In this document: positions 55,363-64,000 of the stretch, one piece after another
Position numbering within the stretch: position 1 is the stretch's first letter
Layout: each line of letters opens with the position of its first letter
DNA from: Candidatus Omnitrophota bacterium
GTDB lineage: Bacteria; Ratteibacteria; UBA8468; MWAK01
Assembly (NCBI GenBank): GCA_043826355.1
Contig: JBDRQI010000004.1
Coordinates: forward strand, 85,961-149,960
Direction: 5' to 3'
Length of the DNA: 64,000 bases
Notes under the pieces: generated by a model
What the model saw: the letters and a program-made list of their open reading frames with translations, nothing else
The model's database searches: none
What the model was told of the DNA's origin: nothing
Program-made: the position numbers and the translations under genes

Positions 55363-57014
55363 AGATAGGCGAAATTCTCGTCAGCCGCGGTCTTCTCGCC
55401 CAACCCGTTCTGGAAAAAGCCCTTTCCGTTCAGAAAGAAAAATCTCAGCTGCGGATTGGCGAAATACTGTTGGAAACGGGCTCTCTGAGTGAAGAAGAAC
55501 TCTTTTCCGGTCTTTCGGAACAATTGGGAATTCCGCTTAAGAAAGATTTTCAGGCTTTTTTCTCCCCTGAATTGGTTGGTTTAATCTCTTTTGATTCCTG
55601 GCAGCGCTGGAAAGCGTTGCCAATCAGGGAGGCGGATAAAATTTTTGTTGTGTCGGCCGATCCGTTGCGCCTGCCCCGGGTTGAGATTGAAGCCGGGTTG
55701 AAATCTCCCGTTAACCTTGCTTTCGGCTTAACCCGGGAAATCATTGAACTTCTGGAACGTAACTACTGGCGTCCCAGCCAGGAAAAAGTACGCCGGGATA
55801 TTTCGATTACGCCGGAATTACCCTACGCAGTTAAAAACGGTTCTACCCGGGAAAACCTGCTGGACCTGGCCAATAAGGCGCCGGTTATCCGGATGGTTAA
55901 CCAGGCCATTTTTCAAGCTCTTCAGCAGGGCGCCAGCGATATTCATCTTCAACCCCAGGAGAATGAATTCAGGGTCAGGTACCGTATTGATGGGATTCTG
56001 CATGATATGTTTAAACTGCCGGCCGCGATGCAGCCGGCAGTTATTTCCCGTATTAAAATTATATCCGGACTGAACATTGCGGAACGCCGCCTGCCCCAGG
56101 ATGGACGTACCACCGTTCATTTGGAAGGCCGTCCGATTGATATCAGGGTTTCCATTCTGCCCACTTACTGGGGGGAGGCGGCGGTCCTGCGTCTCCTTGA
56201 CCAGGCCTCTTTTCTTTTTTCTCTTCCAACGCTGGGGTTTTACGCTGACGAGTTGGAATTGATGGAAAAGTCTATCTCTTCCGACCATGGAATTATCCTG
56301 CTGACCGGACCCACCGGCAGCGGTAAGACAACTACGCTCTATGCCGCCTTACAAAAGATAAATCTTCCCGGACGCAACATTATTACGCTGGAAGACCCGG
56401 TTGAATACCAGATTCCGGGATTAAGCCAGATTCAGGTAAGTCCGCTGATCGGGTTATCTTTTGCCGCCGCCCTGCGTTCCATTCTTCGCCATGACCCGGA
56501 CGTTTTGATGATTGGAGAAATCCGCGACCGGGAAACAGCCGATATGGCCATCCAGGCCAGCTTAACCGGCCACCTGGTCTTTTCCACGTTGCACACAAAT
56601 GATGCGGCCAGCGCGGTTACCCGGTTGACCGAAGTGGGCATCGAACCATACCTTATCTCTTCTTCTGTGCTGGCGATTATTGCCCAGCGACTGGTTCGGC
56701 TGATCTGTGATCACTGCAAAGAACCGGTTCCGCCAAATGAAACTCCATCTGCATTATTCCCGTCGGGCACAACCATTTTCCGCGGCCGGGGTTGCGAATA
56801 TTGTTTTCAAACCGGATACCGGGGCCGCACCGGAATTTTTGAGTTTTTTATTCTTGATGATGTAATTCGGAGCCAGATTTTACAGAAGAAACCATCGCCG
56901 GAATTGAAAGAATATATGAAGAAAAAAGGGATGCGCACCCTTAGCGCTTCCGGAGAAAAGAAGGTTTTAGAAGGTTTGACAACCCTGGAAGAGGTTCTGC
57001 GCGTCACCACCTAA
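55359..57014 (+). CDS. gspE: Type II secretion ATPase GspE with MshEN-like N-terminus
   Basis: GPTGSGKTT, RHDPDVLMIGEIRD; KIGEIL..RIGEILLETG. Confidence 0.92.
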   Translation: MKIGEILVSRGLLAQPVLEKALSVQKEKSQLRIGEILLETGSLSEEELFSGLSEQLGIPLKKDFQAFFSPELVGLISFDSWQRWKALPIREADKIFVVSADPLRLPRVEIEAGLKSPVNLAFGLTREIIELLERNYWRPSQEKVRRDISITPELPYAVKNGSTRENLLDLANKAPVIRMVNQAIFQALQQGASDIHLQPQENEFRVRYRIDGILHDMFKLPAAMQPAVISRIKIISGLNIAERRLPQDGRTTVHLEGRPIDIRVSILPTYWGEAAVLRLLDQASFLFSLPTLGFYADELELMEKSISSDHGIILLTGPTGSGKTTTLYAALQKINLPGRNIITLEDPVEYQIPGLSQIQVSPLIGLSFAAALRSILRHDPDVLMIGEIRDRETADMAIQASLTGHLVFSTLHTNDAASAVTRLTEVGIEPYLISSSVLAIIAQRLVRLICDHCKEPVPPNETPSALFPSGTTIFRGRGCEYCFQTGYRGRTGIFEFFILDDVIRSQILQKKPSPELKEYMKKKGMRTLSASGEKKVLEGLTTLEEVLRVTT

Positions 57015-57019
57015 TTAAA

Positions 57020-58219
57020 ATGCCTCTATTTCACTATTTGTGTTTGGACCAGAGCGGCCGCCGCGTCAAAGGTGAATTGGAAGCAGCCGACCCTGGCGAA
57101 TGCCGGCTGGCACTGAAGAACCGGAACCTTTTTCCCGTAGAATTTCAGGTTGCGGACGCGAGCAAAAAAATATTTTTCCGGGGTCGAAAAGTAAATCTTG
57201 AAGAAACCACCGCTTCCTTGCGTCAGTTAGCGTCATTGATTGATAGCCATATCCCGATTGTGGAGGCGGTGGAAACGGTTGCGCCCCAGATTAAGAACCC
57301 GACTTTATCCCGCGCTTTCCGCAGTTTATCCGAATCGCTGCGCCGCGGAAGTCTGTTTTCGGAGGCATTGCGCCGGGAACAGGTATTTCCAGCCGCTTTG
57401 CCGGAATTGGCCGCCGCTTCGGAAGCAAGCGGGACGCTGGGGTCGACCCTTTCCGAATTTGCCCGTTCGGAGGAAGCCGCTTTAAGCCTGCGGCGCAGGG
57501 TAATCAACAGCTTGGTTTATCCGATTTTTCTGGCCGGCATCTCCCTGGCGGTTCTGCTCTTTCTTTTTCTGGTAGTTTTGCCCAAGGTCAGCGCAGTCTT
57601 TGCGGAAAGCGGCGTTCTGCTTCCGGCTTTTACCCGATTTACGCTTTCACTCGTCCTTTTTCTTAAGCGTTTCGGAATCCCGGCCTTAATTCTCCTGACC
57701 TTTCTTTATTTTTGGTGGCGTCAGGGGCAGGGGAGTAAGAAGGGCAGAGAATATTTCTGGCGGATGCTTGGACGTGTGCCGGTAGCAAGAGAACTTTCCC
57801 GGAAGCACTCCCTGGCGCTCTTTGCCCGGAACCTTTCCGTTCTTCATAAAGGCGGCGTAAAGTTGATTGAAGCCATGCGTCTGGTTTCCATGGTCATTCC
57901 TGACCCGTTATTCCGAAAAGAATTAGCGGTTGTCGAGCATGATTTAGGGCGGGGGATTTCCCTGAACCGGGCGTTAAACAGCAGTTCCCTTTTCCCGCCC
58001 TTTATCGTTCAGATGGCCCGGGTAGGGGAGGAGACCGGGAAACTGGCCGAGATAATGGAAAAGGCCGCGTTGCATTACGAAGAAGAGCTGGAAACCGGTT
58101 TAACCCGGCTGGTGGCGCTGTTGGAGCCGACTATGATTGTGGTCATGGGAATTCTGGTCGGCGGAATCGTGATTTCGGTGCTCCTGCCGATTTTTGAGAT
58201 GAGCCGAATCATAAAGTAA
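57020..58219 (+). CDS. gspF: Type II secretion platform protein GspF
   Basis: RQLASLI, EASGTL, VGEETGKL, LEPTMI, LLPIF. Confidence 0.9.
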   Translation: MPLFHYLCLDQSGRRVKGELEAADPGECRLALKNRNLFPVEFQVADASKKIFFRGRKVNLEETTASLRQLASLIDSHIPIVEAVETVAPQIKNPTLSRAFRSLSESLRRGSLFSEALRREQVFPAALPELAAASEASGTLGSTLSEFARSEEAALSLRRRVINSLVYPIFLAGISLAVLLFLFLVVLPKVSAVFAESGVLLPAFTRFTLSLVLFLKRFGIPALILLTFLYFWWRQGQGSKKGREYFWRMLGRVPVARELSRKHSLALFARNLSVLHKGGVKLIEAMRLVSMVIPDPLFRKELAVVEHDLGRGISLNRALNSSSLFPPFIVQMARVGEETGKLAEIMEKAALHYEEELETGLTRLVALLEPTMIVVMGILVGGIVISVLLPIFEMSRIIK

Positions 58220-58226
58220 AACGCAA

Positions 58227-58292
58227 TGTCATTCCCGCGGATAGCAAGCGGGAATCCATAAAAATTTGTTCCCGTATGTTTTAAACGGGAAC
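58227..58292. repeat. Family C palindromes (two)
   Basis: TGTCATTCCCGC..GCGGGAATCC; GTTCCCGT..ACGGGAAC. Confidence 0.8.
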
Positions 58293-58318
58293 GTGCACCT
58301 TATTAGAAAGGAGAAAAC

Positions 58319-58660
58319 ATCAGACTGCCGAAAAAGATCAGGGACCTGGTTGGGATATTGGAAGAAAAACACGCCAAAAATGTGGTTATTTTGAAACTAT
58401 CCCGGGTGGCAACCTTCACGAATTATTTCATTATTTGCAGTGCGGAGAGCCTTCCTCAGGTGAAAGCGATTGCGGAGGAAGTGTCTTACCGTTTGCCCCG
58501 CAAACACCACCTGGGCAAAGAAGGTTTTCCGGCAAGTTCCTGGGTTTTACTTGATTACGGAGATTTCATCCTGCATATTTTTTTACCCGAAACTCGGAAG
58601 TTCTATAGCCTGGAACGAATTTGGGCTGACGCCCCGTCAACTGCAGTAAATGACGCGTAG
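58319..58660 (+). CDS. rsfS: Ribosome silencing factor RsfS (probable non-canonical start)
   Basis: YFIICS, WVLLDYGD..HIF...R.FYSLERIW; AAGGAG RBS precedes ATC 58319. Confidence 0.9.
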   Translation: MRLPKKIRDLVGILEEKHAKNVVILKLSRVATFTNYFIICSAESLPQVKAIAEEVSYRLPRKHHLGKEGFPASSWVLLDYGDFILHIFLPETRKFYSLERIWADAPSTAVNDA

Positions 58661-58735
58661 TAATATGTCGTCCTTTCTTAGCGTAAAGGAGGGGCTATGC
58701 CAACTCCCTTATGCCGTTATCGTTGGAGGTAAACC

Positions 58736-59851
58736 GTGCAGGTTCCTTTATTAGACCTTAAAGCGCAGTACCAAACCATAAAGTCCGAAATAGACGCCGC
58801 CATCCAGGAGGTGGTGGAGAGTCAGTATTTTATCATGGGTCCGGCCGTAGCGGAACTGGAAGCGCGGGTAGCCCAATACTGTAATTGTGCATGCGGAATC
58901 GGCGTTTCCTCCGGAACTGACGCTTTGCTGGTTGTGTTAATGGCCCTGGGAATTGGCGCCGGCGATGAGGTAATTATTCCCACCTACACCTTTTTTGCCA
59001 CCGGTGGTTCCGTCTCCCGGCTGGGCGCCAAACCAGTCTTTGCGGATATAGAACCGGAAACATATAACCTCGACCCGGCAGCGCTGGAGAGAAAAATCAC
59101 CGCAAAAACCAGGGCAATCATACCGGTTCATCTCTTCGGGCAGTGCGCCGAAATGGAACCAATCCTTTCCATCGCAAAAAAGCACAATCTCAAAGTGATT
59201 GAAGACGCTGCTCAGGCAATCGGCGCCGGTTATAGAGAAAAGAAAGCCGGGAGCATCGGAGACGCCGGTTGCCTATCTTTTTTTCCAAGCAAAAACTTGG
59301 GCGGATTTGGTGACGGCGGCATGGTTCTCACCAACAACGCCGACCTCGCCGAAAAGATCCGAACTCTGCGTTTGCACGGTTCCAAACCCAAGTATTACCA
59401 TAAAATAATCGGCGGTAATTTTCGGCTAGATTCCCTACAGGCCGCGGTGCTGAAAGTAAAACTCAAATATCTTCCTGCTTGGACCGCCGCCAGACAAAAA
59501 AACGCTGATTTTTACGACACTTCTTTTTGCGAGACAGGACTGGCGCCATCGGAGATTCAGACACCAAAAAGAAAGCACCACCCCCACATCTTTAACCAAT
59601 ACGCGATTCGGACCGAACGCCGGGACGCCCTCCGGGCGTATTTAAAAGAGAATAAAATCGGTACCGAGATATATTACCCGGTGCCGATGCATCTCCAGGA
59701 GTGCTTTGCGGACCTCGGGTATAAAAAGGGAGACTGCCCCGTAGCTGAAGAGGCGGCCCGTACTTCCCTTGCCCTGCCGATTTACCCGGAACTGACCGCG
59801 GAACAAAAACAGTACGTGGTAGATTGCATCCGCGCATTCTATGACAAATAA
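58736..59851 (+). CDS. DegT/DnrJ/EryC1/StrS aminotransferase (WbpE-like)
   Basis: SSGTDAL, EDAAQAIG, SFFPSKNLGGFGDGG. Confidence 0.95.
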   Translation: MQVPLLDLKAQYQTIKSEIDAAIQEVVESQYFIMGPAVAELEARVAQYCNCACGIGVSSGTDALLVVLMALGIGAGDEVIIPTYTFFATGGSVSRLGAKPVFADIEPETYNLDPAALERKITAKTRAIIPVHLFGQCAEMEPILSIAKKHNLKVIEDAAQAIGAGYREKKAGSIGDAGCLSFFPSKNLGGFGDGGMVLTNNADLAEKIRTLRLHGSKPKYYHKIIGGNFRLDSLQAAVLKVKLKYLPAWTAARQKNADFYDTSFCETGLAPSEIQTPKRKHHPHIFNQYAIRTERRDALRAYLKENKIGTEIYYPVPMHLQECFADLGYKKGDCPVAEEAARTSLALPIYPELTAEQKQYVVDCIRAFYDK

Positions 59852-59926
59852 GAACTGGTTTTGAAGGCGGGTGCCTATCCGACCACTGCGTTGACCCGCC
59901 GTTGAGTGCCGTTGTATAATTACCAA

Positions 59927-61222
59927 ATGAGTTTATTAAAAAAGATACAGGAAAAAAACGCCGTAATTGGCATCATCGGGATGGGTTACGTCGGTTTGCC
60001 GCTGGCTATCAATTTTCTGAAGGCCGGTTTTAGGGTTATCGGTTTTGATTCCGACGTAAAAAAGGTGAATAGTCTTAACCGGGGACAGTCTTATATCAAA
60101 CACATTCCCGCATCTCTTTTTACTCCGCACGCCGACCAATTTTCCGCCACGGCCGATACTTCCCGCCTCAAAGAACCTGACGCCATTCTCATTTGCGTGC
60201 CGACTCCTCTGACCGAAAATCGGGAACCGGATATGCGATATGTGGAAAAAGCGGCCCGGGATATTTCCGAAAATTTTTCCGGTCAAAAACTTGTCTCCCT
60301 GGAATCCACCACCTATCCCGGTACCACCGAAGAACTGGTCCTATCGATACTGCAGGAAAACGGCCGGAAACTCGGCAAAGATTTTTACCTGGTTTTCTCG
60401 CCGGAACGGGAAGACCCGGGCAATAGCGTTTTTTCCGTCAAGAACATCCCCAAGGTTGTGGGTGGAATTACCGCCGCATGCTTAAAAAATGGTGTCGCGC
60501 TTTATTCGCAAATAGTCAACAGGGTTGTCCCGGTATCATCTCCCCGGGTGGCGGAATCCACCAAACTCCTGGAAAATATCTACCGCGGTGTAAACATCGC
60601 CCTGGTAAACGAGCTTAAAATGTTGTTTGACCGGATGGGAATAAATATCTGGGAAGTGATTGAAGCGTCCAAGACCAAACCTTTCGGATTTCAGCCCTTT
60701 TATCCGGGTCCGGGTTTAGGCGGACACTGCATCCCCATTGACCCGTTCTATCTTACCTGGAAGGCGCGGCAATACGATTTCGCGACCCGGTTTATCGAAC
60801 TGGCCGGAGAGATTAATACGTCAATGCCCTATTATGTTATATCCAAAATGATGGAGGCCCTTAACGCAAAAGGGAAGAGTCTTAAAGGGGCAAAAATACT
60901 GGTTCTGGGGGTTGCTTACAAGAAAGATATTGACGATTTGAGAGAATCCCCGGCTCTGAAGATTATTCAGCTTTTGCAGGAAAAAGGCGCCGGCGTAATC
61001 TACAACGACCCCTACATTCCCAAAATAGGAAAAACACGTCATTACAAAATTTCGTTAGTTTCGCAAAAACTAACCGTGAATCTTCTGAAAAGTATGGATA
61101 TGGTGCTGATTATTACCAACCATACCGATTATGATTACGGATTAATCGTTAAAAACGCCAAGTTGGTCGTTGATACCAGAAATGCGTTGCGAAAACCGTA
61201 TCCAAATGTTGTAAAAGCGTAG
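59927..61222 (+). CDS. Nucleotide-sugar dehydrogenase (WbpA/WecC-like)
   Basis: GMGYVGLP, ESTTYPGTT, FSPEREDPG, GGHCIPIDP. Confidence 0.95.
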   Translation: MSLLKKIQEKNAVIGIIGMGYVGLPLAINFLKAGFRVIGFDSDVKKVNSLNRGQSYIKHIPASLFTPHADQFSATADTSRLKEPDAILICVPTPLTENREPDMRYVEKAARDISENFSGQKLVSLESTTYPGTTEELVLSILQENGRKLGKDFYLVFSPEREDPGNSVFSVKNIPKVVGGITAACLKNGVALYSQIVNRVVPVSSPRVAESTKLLENIYRGVNIALVNELKMLFDRMGINIWEVIEASKTKPFGFQPFYPGPGLGGHCIPIDPFYLTWKARQYDFATRFIELAGEINTSMPYYVISKMMEALNAKGKSLKGAKILVLGVAYKKDIDDLRESPALKIIQLLQEKGAGVIYNDPYIPKIGKTRHYKISLVSQKLTVNLLKSMDMVLIITNHTDYDYGLIVKNAKLVVDTRNALRKPYPNVVKA

Positions 61223-61546
61223 GGACGTTGCCCCCCTCCATTCAAAAATTCTACAAACCGCATATTTCCGTCGCGTGTAGGTTATGTTTCAGAAAAGTGA
61301 ACAGGTTGGTTCAACGCGAGAAACCGCGGAAATTGCTGGAGGACAACAGTGCCGGAGGAGGGAGTTGGCTGTCTCACTTCACTACGTTCGACTAGGCCAC
61401 CCGCTGGTATTGCTCCTTAATCAGTCGCAACACCTATTTACTACTTCATCGGTTAGGGTGGCTCGCCTTCTCGCCACCCCTGCCAAGCGAATGCTCTTTA
61501 TTCATCGCATTGGCAGTGCTCCCTTCAACTCTCTTAAGGGTGGGAG

Positions 61547-61601
61547 TGCCGGAGGAGGGACTTGAACCCCCATGAGGTTGCCCTCACCGGATTTTGAGTC
61601 C
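61547..61601 (-). pseudogene. 3' fragment of tRNA-Leu(CAA); probable att site
   Basis: Minus strand GGA-CTCAAAA-TCCGG, long variable arm TGAGG..CCTCA, GGGGTTCAAGTCCC, CTCCGGCA; no D-arm or 5' acceptor strand. Confidence 0.85.
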
Positions 61602-61666
61602 TGGCGTTGTCACACTTACCGGAGGTCTCCTTCTGTTCTTAATCCCTTATCTGATGCGGTTATTCT

Positions 61667-61693
61667 TGTCATTCTGAGCGTAGCGAAGAATCT
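61667..61693. repeat. Family A single arm
   Basis: TGTCATTCTGAGCGTAGCGAAGAATCT. Confidence 0.85.
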
Positions 61694-61758
61694 TGTTTTT
61701 CACTCCAAAATCATAGGTTCCTGTCACACTTTTGTCACACTTTTTGCGTGACCCCCTC

Positions 61759-61813
61759 TTGACTTTCTAATATAATCGGATATAATCTAATATAGTTGAA
61801 ATATCCGAATTAT
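61759..61813 (+). promoter_or_regulatory. sigma70 promoter and overlapping inverted repeat upstream of fic
   Basis: TTGACT-N16-TATAAT; ATAATCGGATAT...ATATCCGAATTAT. Confidence 0.55.
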
Positions 61814-61833
61814 TTTTATCATCACACATAACC

Positions 61834-62898
61834 ATGGAAAATAACAATAGGATTGAAAAAAGGATTCAAAATATACCGGCGTCTCTTTGGTCTAAAATCG
61901 CTAAGATAGACGAACTGAAAGGTCAATGGATAGCCGGAGCAAGGTTAAGTCCTCAAGTGCTGGGTCGTCTTAAAAAATCGGTTTTGATTACTTCAACCGG
62001 CGCTTCTACTCGTATTGAAGGCGCCAGACTTTCCGATGAAGATATAGAAAAGTTGATGCGGGGCATCAGCATCCAGAAGTTTTCTGATCGAGACAAGCAG
62101 GAAGTCAAAGGATACTTTGAACTCCTACAGAATGTTTTTAATTCCTGGGGAGGTCTCCGCCTTTCTGAAAGCACCATCAAGCATTTTCACCGGGAAATGC
62201 TCAAATATGTTGAAAAAGATGTCCGGCACCGGGGAGAATACAAAAAACAGGAGAACAAAGTCCTGATGGTAGATGAAGCCGGGAAATCAATCGGCGTCCT
62301 TTTTGACACCACTCCGGCATATCTCACCCCCAAGGAAATGCTTGACTTAGTAGAATGGACACAGAATGTCCTTAAAGAGCGAAAGTATCATCCGCTTATT
62401 GTCATAGCCAATTTTCTGGTTGAGTTCCTGAAAATTCACCCTTTCCAGGACGGTAACGGTCGACTTTCCCGTATCCTCACCAACCTTTTGCTCTTGAGGG
62501 AAGGTTATTTGTATATGCCCTACGTGTCTCACGAAAAATTGGTTGAAGACAACAAGCCCGATTACTACATGGCTTTGAGAAAAAGCCAGAAGACTTTTAA
62601 AACCAAAAGCGAAGACATCGTTCCCTGGTTTGATTTCTTTTTGGGAGTATTCCTTAAACAATCGGAAATGGCGGTAGACCTTTTAACTAAAGAAGATATT
62701 GAAAAGATTTTGTCCCAAAAGCAGTTTGCTGTTTGGCAATACCTCCAAACCGTAAAAGAGGCCACGTCAAAGGAAATATCCGAAAAAACTAAGGTAGCCC
62801 GGCCAACAGTCAAGCAGGCTCTTGATAAACTGCTAAAACTCAAAAAGATTGAGCGTCTTGGTTTGGGAAGAAGCGTGAGGTACAGGAAGATTGGCTAA
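61834..62898 (+). CDS. Fic family protein with N-terminal inhibitory motif and C-terminal HTH
   Basis: HPFQDGNGRLSR; ASTRIEG; winged-HTH tail. Confidence 0.95.
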   Translation: MENNNRIEKRIQNIPASLWSKIAKIDELKGQWIAGARLSPQVLGRLKKSVLITSTGASTRIEGARLSDEDIEKLMRGISIQKFSDRDKQEVKGYFELLQNVFNSWGGLRLSESTIKHFHREMLKYVEKDVRHRGEYKKQENKVLMVDEAGKSIGVLFDTTPAYLTPKEMLDLVEWTQNVLKERKYHPLIVIANFLVEFLKIHPFQDGNGRLSRILTNLLLLREGYLYMPYVSHEKLVEDNKPDYYMALRKSQKTFKTKSEDIVPWFDFFLGVFLKQSEMAVDLLTKEDIEKILSQKQFAVWQYLQTVKEATSKEISEKTKVARPTVKQALDKLLKLKKIERLGLGRSVRYRKIG

Positions 62899-62934
62899 TG
62901 TATATTGTTTTTAGTGCGGCACTCGGAGGAGAAG

Positions 62935-63763
62935 ATGATCAATGTAGAATACCCAAACCTGCTTGACTTATTTCGCCAACACCTCGATCCAAAAAGAAGT
63001 GAAAGCGCCTCATTTTTGATTTGGTACTTAGAAAACTACTATAGGTTAGATTCTCTTGAAGCGGTACAACCAAAACGGGGTTAAGGCGCGGGATTTCAAG
63101 TCAAATAACACAATTCAGATTCGACTACAGAACGAGTTTACAACAAACTATACTGCATGTTATTGTCTTGAGGTGAAACGGGGAGAAAGGCTGCCTGCGG
63201 TCGAGGTGATTTCAAATGAAGAGGCCGGTTTGTTTTTCATGGCGTTTGATCTCAAAGAACCCTGGGCAACACATCGGAAATATCAGGTTTTTGACGAAAA
63301 ATACTCTGATATTTTCGGGAGACCGGAGGTTACGGCCGATAGAATTGTATTTTGCCATACTTTAATGCAGTGTGTACAGGAGGCAACTTCCAGGCTCAAA
63401 AATCGCCTATTCGGAAAATATGCACTGACCAGATTTGCCTTGCTATATATCCTTCGCCTAATTTTAGACGAAGATTCCGTAGGTAAAGATATGATACGTG
63501 TTCCGGAGACTTATGTGCGCGATTTGAGAAATGAAGAGTGTCTTAAAAAATGTCTATCTATTGTTATCAACGATATTATTATCGATGTTAACGGCGAAGT
63601 TGACCCCCTTGGCGACAATTTTGATTATCGTGATAAACTGCGTGATGCCGAGTGGGTCCGAAGTCTTGCTCGCGCTGTTGTTGGTAATCATCTGAAACTT
63701 GTACAGCGTGGAAGAATTCAATCTTTTGAAGCGGAATGGAATAAAGCAATCAGGGAACAGTGA
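62935..63763 (+). pseudogene. AIPR-like gene with out-of-frame internal deletion
   Basis: GGAGGA RBS and ATG 62935 give MINVEYPN..SASFLIWYLENYYRLD, stop near 63084; a second frame begins at NQNGVKARDFKSN (AIPR NxQN motif). Confidence 0.65.
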
Positions 63764-63859
63764 AATAATTTCATTAAAGATAGAAAAGATTAATAAATCA
63801 TGAGATGGCAGGATTTGCTGGGGGGTGCTCTCACAGGACGGGGAATCCGGTGAGTGCGA

Positions 63860-64000
63860 TGCGTATTCCGGTCCAAAGGAGCCACCCATTCCGGTAAAGG
63901 AGCCACCTATTCCGCTCAAAGGAGCCACCCCCCTGTAGTCCAGTAATCCCCCAGAATAATTTGCCAAGCAGACCGCGTGTTGTATAATGCTCCGAAAAGG
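63860..64000 (+). mobile_element. IS21-family terminal region, element continues beyond the window
   Basis: TGCGTATTCCG start, three tandem ATTCCG..AAAGGAGCCACC units, then TATAAT and AAAGG at the window end. Confidence 0.75.

Noticed and set aside
3853..60485. Numerous short antisense or alternate-frame ORFs in the track
   Set aside because: They overlap well-supported genes and show no motifs or RBS
61284..61565. 93-aa ORF
   Set aside because: Overlaps the tRNA fragment and hairpin cassette; no recognisable protein features
61547..61630. Intact or intron-containing tRNA-Leu
   Set aside because: No D-arm or 5' acceptor strand; the anticodon loop is uninterrupted, so it is better explained as an att fragment

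Overview
Bacterial chromosomal window of moderate GC. The Amuc_1100-type pilus module suggests a PVC-related lineage (inference). The window is dominated by type IV filament genes: a complete T4aP cluster (3.5-15.4 kb, minus strand), a second PilMN/Amuc_1100-like/PilP-like/liposecretin module and a GspCDEF module (45.6-58.2 kb), plus two orphan pilins, giving three secretins in total. Between them (15.5-31.6 kb) is a signalling island. It contains a sigma54-promoter-driven FadL channel and, divergently, an operon of a B12 radical SAM enzyme, a FabF-fold ketosynthase with an altered His->Asn motif, two paralogous histidine kinases and a sigma54 activator. A divergent sigma54 paralogue, a CHASE2/HD-GYP protein and a pilin-FecR fusion follow. 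Housekeeping genes are iorA, rimO, ilvD, rodA-mrdA-mreDCB, pheT, zapA, tRNA-fMet, rsfS and two sugar-nucleotide genes. Intergenic DNA carries at least four palindromic repeat families. One family has a copy enclosing a small GIY-YIG nuclease gene, which looks like an autonomous element with empty derivatives, and another palindrome sits in frame inside RimO. The right end enters a genomic island bounded by a tRNA-Leu(CAA) 3' fragment, carrying Fic, a deleted AIPR-like gene and an IS21 end. All calls come from motif recognition by eye; no database searches were run.
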